NCBI GenBank assembly: GCA_035526435.1
Contig: DATLCI010000150.1
Coordinates: 1 to 48,532 of the forward strand
Direction of reading: 5' to 3'
DNA length: 48,532 nt
Source of the DNA: Terriglobales bacterium
GTDB lineage: Bacteria; Acidobacteriota; Terriglobia; Terriglobales; Acidobacteriaceae
Part shown: piece by piece, positions 45,470 through 48,532 of the stretch
How positions within the stretch are numbered: position 1 is the stretch's first letter
Layout: every line of letters starts with the position of its first letter
Translations under genes and position numbers: made by a program
The notes under the pieces: generated by a model
Told to the model about the DNA's origin: nothing
What the model saw: only the letters and a program-made list of their open reading frames with translations
Database searches by the model: none

Positions 45470-46153
45470 GTGAATCATCCGACCATTGTCATCATTGCCG
45501 ATCAGAACGACCAGGCCCGCGATATCGTTGCCCGCTGGCAGATGGAACGCACGGTACCCGGCTTCACTTTGTTGAACAGTGAATTGTGGGATCCGGCGCT
45601 GGTGGCGGCTTGCGATCTGGCCATCGTCTTCGACGTGAAGGAAGAGCGGGCTACGCCCATCCTGGCGGCCTTTGACGGAAAAAATATTCCTTGCATCTAT
45701 GTTGCGGAGAAGCTGGCTGCCTTTCAGCACTTTCGCTCCGCTTTCCCGCGCGTGCTGGTCATCCAGCAGCACGACGCCTGGCTCGAATCATTGGTGGTGC
45801 TGGCGAGCGAAGTCCTGCGGCGGGTAGAGGCCACGGTTCGGGCGCGCAAAGCCGAAGCCAACGCACAACAGATGAACCGGCAAGCGGCGCTGGGGAAATA
45901 CATGTTGGAGACGCGTCACAGCTTCAATAACGCCCTGACGTCCGTTTTAGGCAATGCCGAGCTCATGTTGCTGGAGCCGGCCGCGCTTCCTCACCACGTG
46001 CGCGAGCAGGTGGACACCATCCACAGCATGGCGTTACGGCTGCACGAGATGATGCAGCGTTTTTCGTCACTGGAGACGGAGATGCACTTCGCGGACCGCG
46101 AGTCTCAAATTGACACCCGGAGGAGAAGTCAGGCTTACATTCCAGGTTCCTAA
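45470..46153 (+). CDS. Pseudo-receiver plus HisKA (DHp) domain protein lacking an ATPase domain
   Basis: The N-terminal 120 aa or so have a receiver-like beta-alpha pattern (TIVIIADQ, DLAIVFDV, PCIYVAE, VLVIQQH) but are missing several conserved residues. A coiled coil and H-box RHSFNNALTSVLGNAELML follow. The protein ends about 60 aa later, with no N/G boxes. GTG start with AGGGAG upstream. Confidence 0.6.
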   Translation: MNHPTIVIIADQNDQARDIVARWQMERTVPGFTLLNSELWDPALVAACDLAIVFDVKEERATPILAAFDGKNIPCIYVAEKLAAFQHFRSAFPRVLVIQQHDAWLESLVVLASEVLRRVEATVRARKAEANAQQMNRQAALGKYMLETRHSFNNALTSVLGNAELMLLEPAALPHHVREQVDTIHSMALRLHEMMQRFSSLETEMHFADRESQIDTRRRSQAYIPGS

Positions 46154-46276
46154 GAGGTTTATCTACCTCGATTAAGGTCAATGAAATGTTAAGCTTTACC
46201 CACTCTAGGCCCGGTGAGACGACCGTTTTGCAAAGTTTAGTCAACTTGTTGAAAACCTTGATTTTCAGGGATATGA

Positions 46277-46636
46277 ATGAAAAAGATCCTGGTCTGTGAT
46301 GATTCGTTGGCCGAGATGAAACTGATCCAGTCCGTGCTGCAACAGGCCGGTTACTGGTCGGTCCCGGTCAGCGACTCCCGGCAGATTGAAAAGACGATCG
46401 AAGTGGAGCGGCCCCACCTGATCCTGCTGGACGTAGTCATGCCTGACCGGAACGGATATCAGGTTTGCCGGGATTTAAAGGGCAATGCCGAATTCAGCCG
46501 CATCCCGGTGATCATCGTGAGTTCCAAGTCGCTGGAGAGTGACAAGTTTTGGGCCAAGCAGCAGGGCGCCGATGGATATGTGATCAAGCCCTTTACCGCC
46601 GTCCAGTTACTGGATGCGGTCAAGAGATTCGTTTAG
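46277..46636 (+). CDS. Single-domain response regulator, PilG/PilH (CheY-like) type
   Basis: ILVCDDS, ILLDVVMP, IIVSSK, IKPF. First gene of an RR-CheW-MCP cluster. Confidence 0.85.
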   Translation: MKKILVCDDSLAEMKLIQSVLQQAGYWSVPVSDSRQIEKTIEVERPHLILLDVVMPDRNGYQVCRDLKGNAEFSRIPVIIVSSKSLESDKFWAKQQGADGYVIKPFTAVQLLDAVKRFV

Positions 46637-46639
46637 ACC

Positions 46640-47164
46640 ATGGAAGAAACGCCACAACTCGAGCCTGTCTCCGCTGAATTTGCGGCAGCGGCGCAGGAAC
46701 AGTCGCAAACCAGCGGCGAACGCTTGCCGGAGACGCAGTACTGCATCTTCCGCGCCGGGCGGGAACGCTTTTGTTTACAGGTGCTCGACGTAGAAGAAGT
46801 GGTCGAGTGGCCGACCGTGACCAAGGTGCCGCTGTCGCCCAGCTTCTTGATGGGAGTATTCAATCTCCGGGGCGCGATCGTCCCGGTCATCGATATTGCT
46901 TTTACCGAAGGGCGTCGCGCGGACTTGCCGCCAAAGCATTGCGTGGTGGCAGCCATGAAGGGAACCGACCCCACGGAGATATTGCGGTTGGGCATCGCGG
47001 CGGATGAAGTCATCGGCACTTACACCACCGCCGAACCGCTGTTGATCGATGCCGCACCCCGGGATGTTCCGCACTGCTGCGGGATGCTGCGGCACGAAGA
47101 CCGCTTGGCGTTGGCCTTGAGCCTGCGCCGCCTCACCGAGACGTTTCCGGTGCCGGTGATCTGA
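46640..47164 (+). CDS. CheW-like coupling protein (PilI-like position)
   Basis: YCIFRAGRERFCLQVLDVEEVVEW...GVFNLRGAIVPVIDI. Confidence 0.85.
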   Translation: MEETPQLEPVSAEFAAAAQEQSQTSGERLPETQYCIFRAGRERFCLQVLDVEEVVEWPTVTKVPLSPSFLMGVFNLRGAIVPVIDIAFTEGRRADLPPKHCVVAAMKGTDPTEILRLGIAADEVIGTYTTAEPLLIDAAPRDVPHCCGMLRHEDRLALALSLRRLTETFPVPVI

Positions 47165-47240
47165 GTTTTGTACTGAGAACGGCCGCAGCTTCGGCAGCGG
47201 AGAGTCACATAAGTTTTTTCTGGGGTAGTGGAGGCTGTAT

Positions 47241-48532
47241 ATGAAAGGTCGGTTAGGTTCGACCATCTGGTTGCTCGCCATCATCAACGCAGTGGCGTTG
47301 TTCGGCGTGCTTATTCTCGCGTACACCGCGGGCGCGAATTCAGGGCCGCAGGGCTTGCCCATCGCCAGCGCTTTCTCGGCGGCTGGAAACACGCCGTTGC
47401 TCCTGTTGATCGGCATCATGGTGGCGCTGACTATGAGCGTGGTGCTGGTCATCTTGCTGGGGAATAAGATCCTCAAGCCCGTAAAGGAACTTGCGGATTT
47501 TTCCGAGCGCCTGGCCAGCGGTGATTACAAGACCAAAGCCAACATCGATTCGAATGATGATTTCGGCTATGTGGCGGACAATTTCAACCGCAGCGGCGAC
47601 AAGATCGCCCGCGCGGTGACCCAGCAAGAAGCCCAGGAGTCCTTGCAGAAGAGCGTCACTGACTTTCTCACCATTGTCAGCCAGATCGCGCGGGGCGACC
47701 TCACGCTGCGCGGCAATGTCACCAACGACGCGCTCGGCAACGTGGTTGACTCCGTCAATTACATGCTCGACAACTTCACCCGGGTGCTGGAGCGGGTCCG
47801 CAAGAGCGCCATCGATGTGGCCAGTAACGCCAATGAGATCTTGCTTTCCTCGGAAGACATGTCCGCCGGCGCCACGCAGCAGGACCAGGAGATCACCAAC
47901 ACCTCTTCCGCGGTGGAAGAGTTGACGGTCTCCATGAAGCAGGTGTCCAACAACGCCGAAGCCAGCGCCGAGGCAGCGCGCCGCGCTCTCGACGCCGCCG
48001 AGCAGGGCAACCGCGCGGTGCGCGACACGCTTGAAGGCATGCAGCGCATCCGCGCTTCCGTGCAAGCGACCGCGAAGAAGATCAAGTCGCTGGGCGACCG
48101 GTCACTGGAGATCTCCGAGATCATCAACGTCATCAATGACATCACCGAACAGACCAACTTGCTCGCGCTTAACGCCGCCATTGAAGCGGCGCGCGCGGGT
48201 GAAGCGGGCCGCGGATTTGCCGTAGTTGCGGACGAAGTCCGCAAGCTCGCCGAACACTCGCGTACCGCGACCAAGGACATTGCCGCGCTGATCAAAGCCA
48301 TTCAAGCGGAGACCAATGAAGCGGTCGTCGTCATGGAGGAGGGCACCAAGGAAGTGGAAGTCGGCGCCAAGCTGGCCGACCAAGCCGGTAAAGCTCTGGA
48401 AGCTATTTCCAGCGTCGTTCGTCAATCCGCCGAGTTGGTGCAGGAGATCTCGCTCGCTTCCAAGCAACAGGTGCGCGGGACGGAAGGTGTCGCCAACGCG
48501 ATGCAGATCATCTCCAACATCACCCGGCAGAC
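47241..48532 (+). CDS. Methyl-accepting chemotaxis protein with minimal periplasmic loop (PilJ-like position), 3' end outside the window
   Basis: My own translation from ATG 47241 (GGAGG at 47230-34): [30 protein letters not shown]...(loop of about 20 aa)...[28 protein letters not shown] then follows, then [36 protein letters not shown]. No stop through 48532. Absent from the ORF track because it is open-ended. Confidence 0.85.
   Translation, partial: MKGRLGSTIWLLAIINAVALFGVLILAYTAGANSGPQGLPIASAFSAAGNTPLLLLIGIMVALTMSVVLVILLGNKILKPVKELADFSERLASGDYKTKANIDSNDDFGYVADNFNRSGDKIARAVTQQEAQESLQKSVTDFLTIVSQIARGDLTLRGNVTNDALGNVVDSVNYMLDNFTRVLERVRKSAIDVASNANEILLSSEDMSAGATQQDQEITNTSSAVEELTVSMKQVSNNAEASAEAARRALDAAEQGNRAVRDTLEGMQRIRASVQATAKKIKSLGDRSLEISEIINVINDITEQTNLLALNAAIEAARAGEAGRGFAVVADEVRKLAEHSRTATKDIAALIKAIQAETNEAVVVMEEGTKEVEVGAKLADQAGKALEAISSVVRQSAELVQEISLASKQQVRGTEGVANAMQIISNITRQ

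Noticed and set aside
46215-46220. Isolated TGAGAC hexamers at 46215 (ahead of the second chemosensory cluster) and 9100, considered as extra activator sites.
   Set aside because: Each is a single hexamer copy, which is expected by chance many times in 48 kb. No correctly spaced -24/-12 element accompanies either one.

Overview
GC-rich chromosomal window from a diderm (Gram-negative type) bacterium. LptF/G, an MsbA-like exporter, a TonB-C domain and a BON lipoprotein support the diderm call. Gene content is reminiscent of Acidobacteriota, but taxonomy cannot be established without a database search. All product names come from motifs I read in the supplied translations or in my own translations; no homology search was run.

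Layout:
- 1-30.4 kb is tightly packed housekeeping. It holds a CpsB-type phosphatase fragment, bactofilin, and an LPS-export operon (fused lptFG, msbA-like exporter, methyltransferase, flavoprotein). It also holds a BON lipoprotein, an RCK K+ channel, mobA, an mlaF-like ATPase, ribE/ribD/ftsY and an HD-GYP phosphodiesterase. A long minus-strand operon runs rimO-yacG-pgpA-NHL-cinA-thpR-plsY-gpsA. Further genes are a TgpA-like transglutaminase, fabH, DUF92, Ku and a YVTN lipoprotein. An SRP (4.5S) RNA gene at about 26199-26297 is invisible to the ORF track.
- 30.4-48.5 kb is a signal-transduction island with four parts:
  (a) A complete minus-strand chemotaxis operon: TonB_C-only protein, MCP, cheW, cheR, cheA, cheB, cheY, cheX.
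  (b) A plus-strand GAF/PAS histidine kinase, a single-domain response regulator and a sigma-54 (NtrC-type, GAFTGA) activator.
  (c) Three uncharacterised genes: a degenerate PilZ-like protein, a 466-aa protein with no recognisable domain, and a pseudo-receiver plus DHp-only protein.
  (d) The start of a second, Pil-Chp-like chemosensory cluster (RR, CheW, MCP), truncated by the window end.

Main finding: both flanks of the kinase/activator operon carry near-consensus sigma-54 -24/-12 promoters. One faces the che operon and one faces the three unknown genes. Each is preceded by clustered TGAGAC repeats, and the 43.5 kb promoter also has an exact IHF-consensus site. This suggests one enhancer-binding-protein regulon tying two chemosensory systems to an undescribed three-gene cassette.

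No CRISPR array, transposase, integrase, rRNA or tRNA gene was seen.
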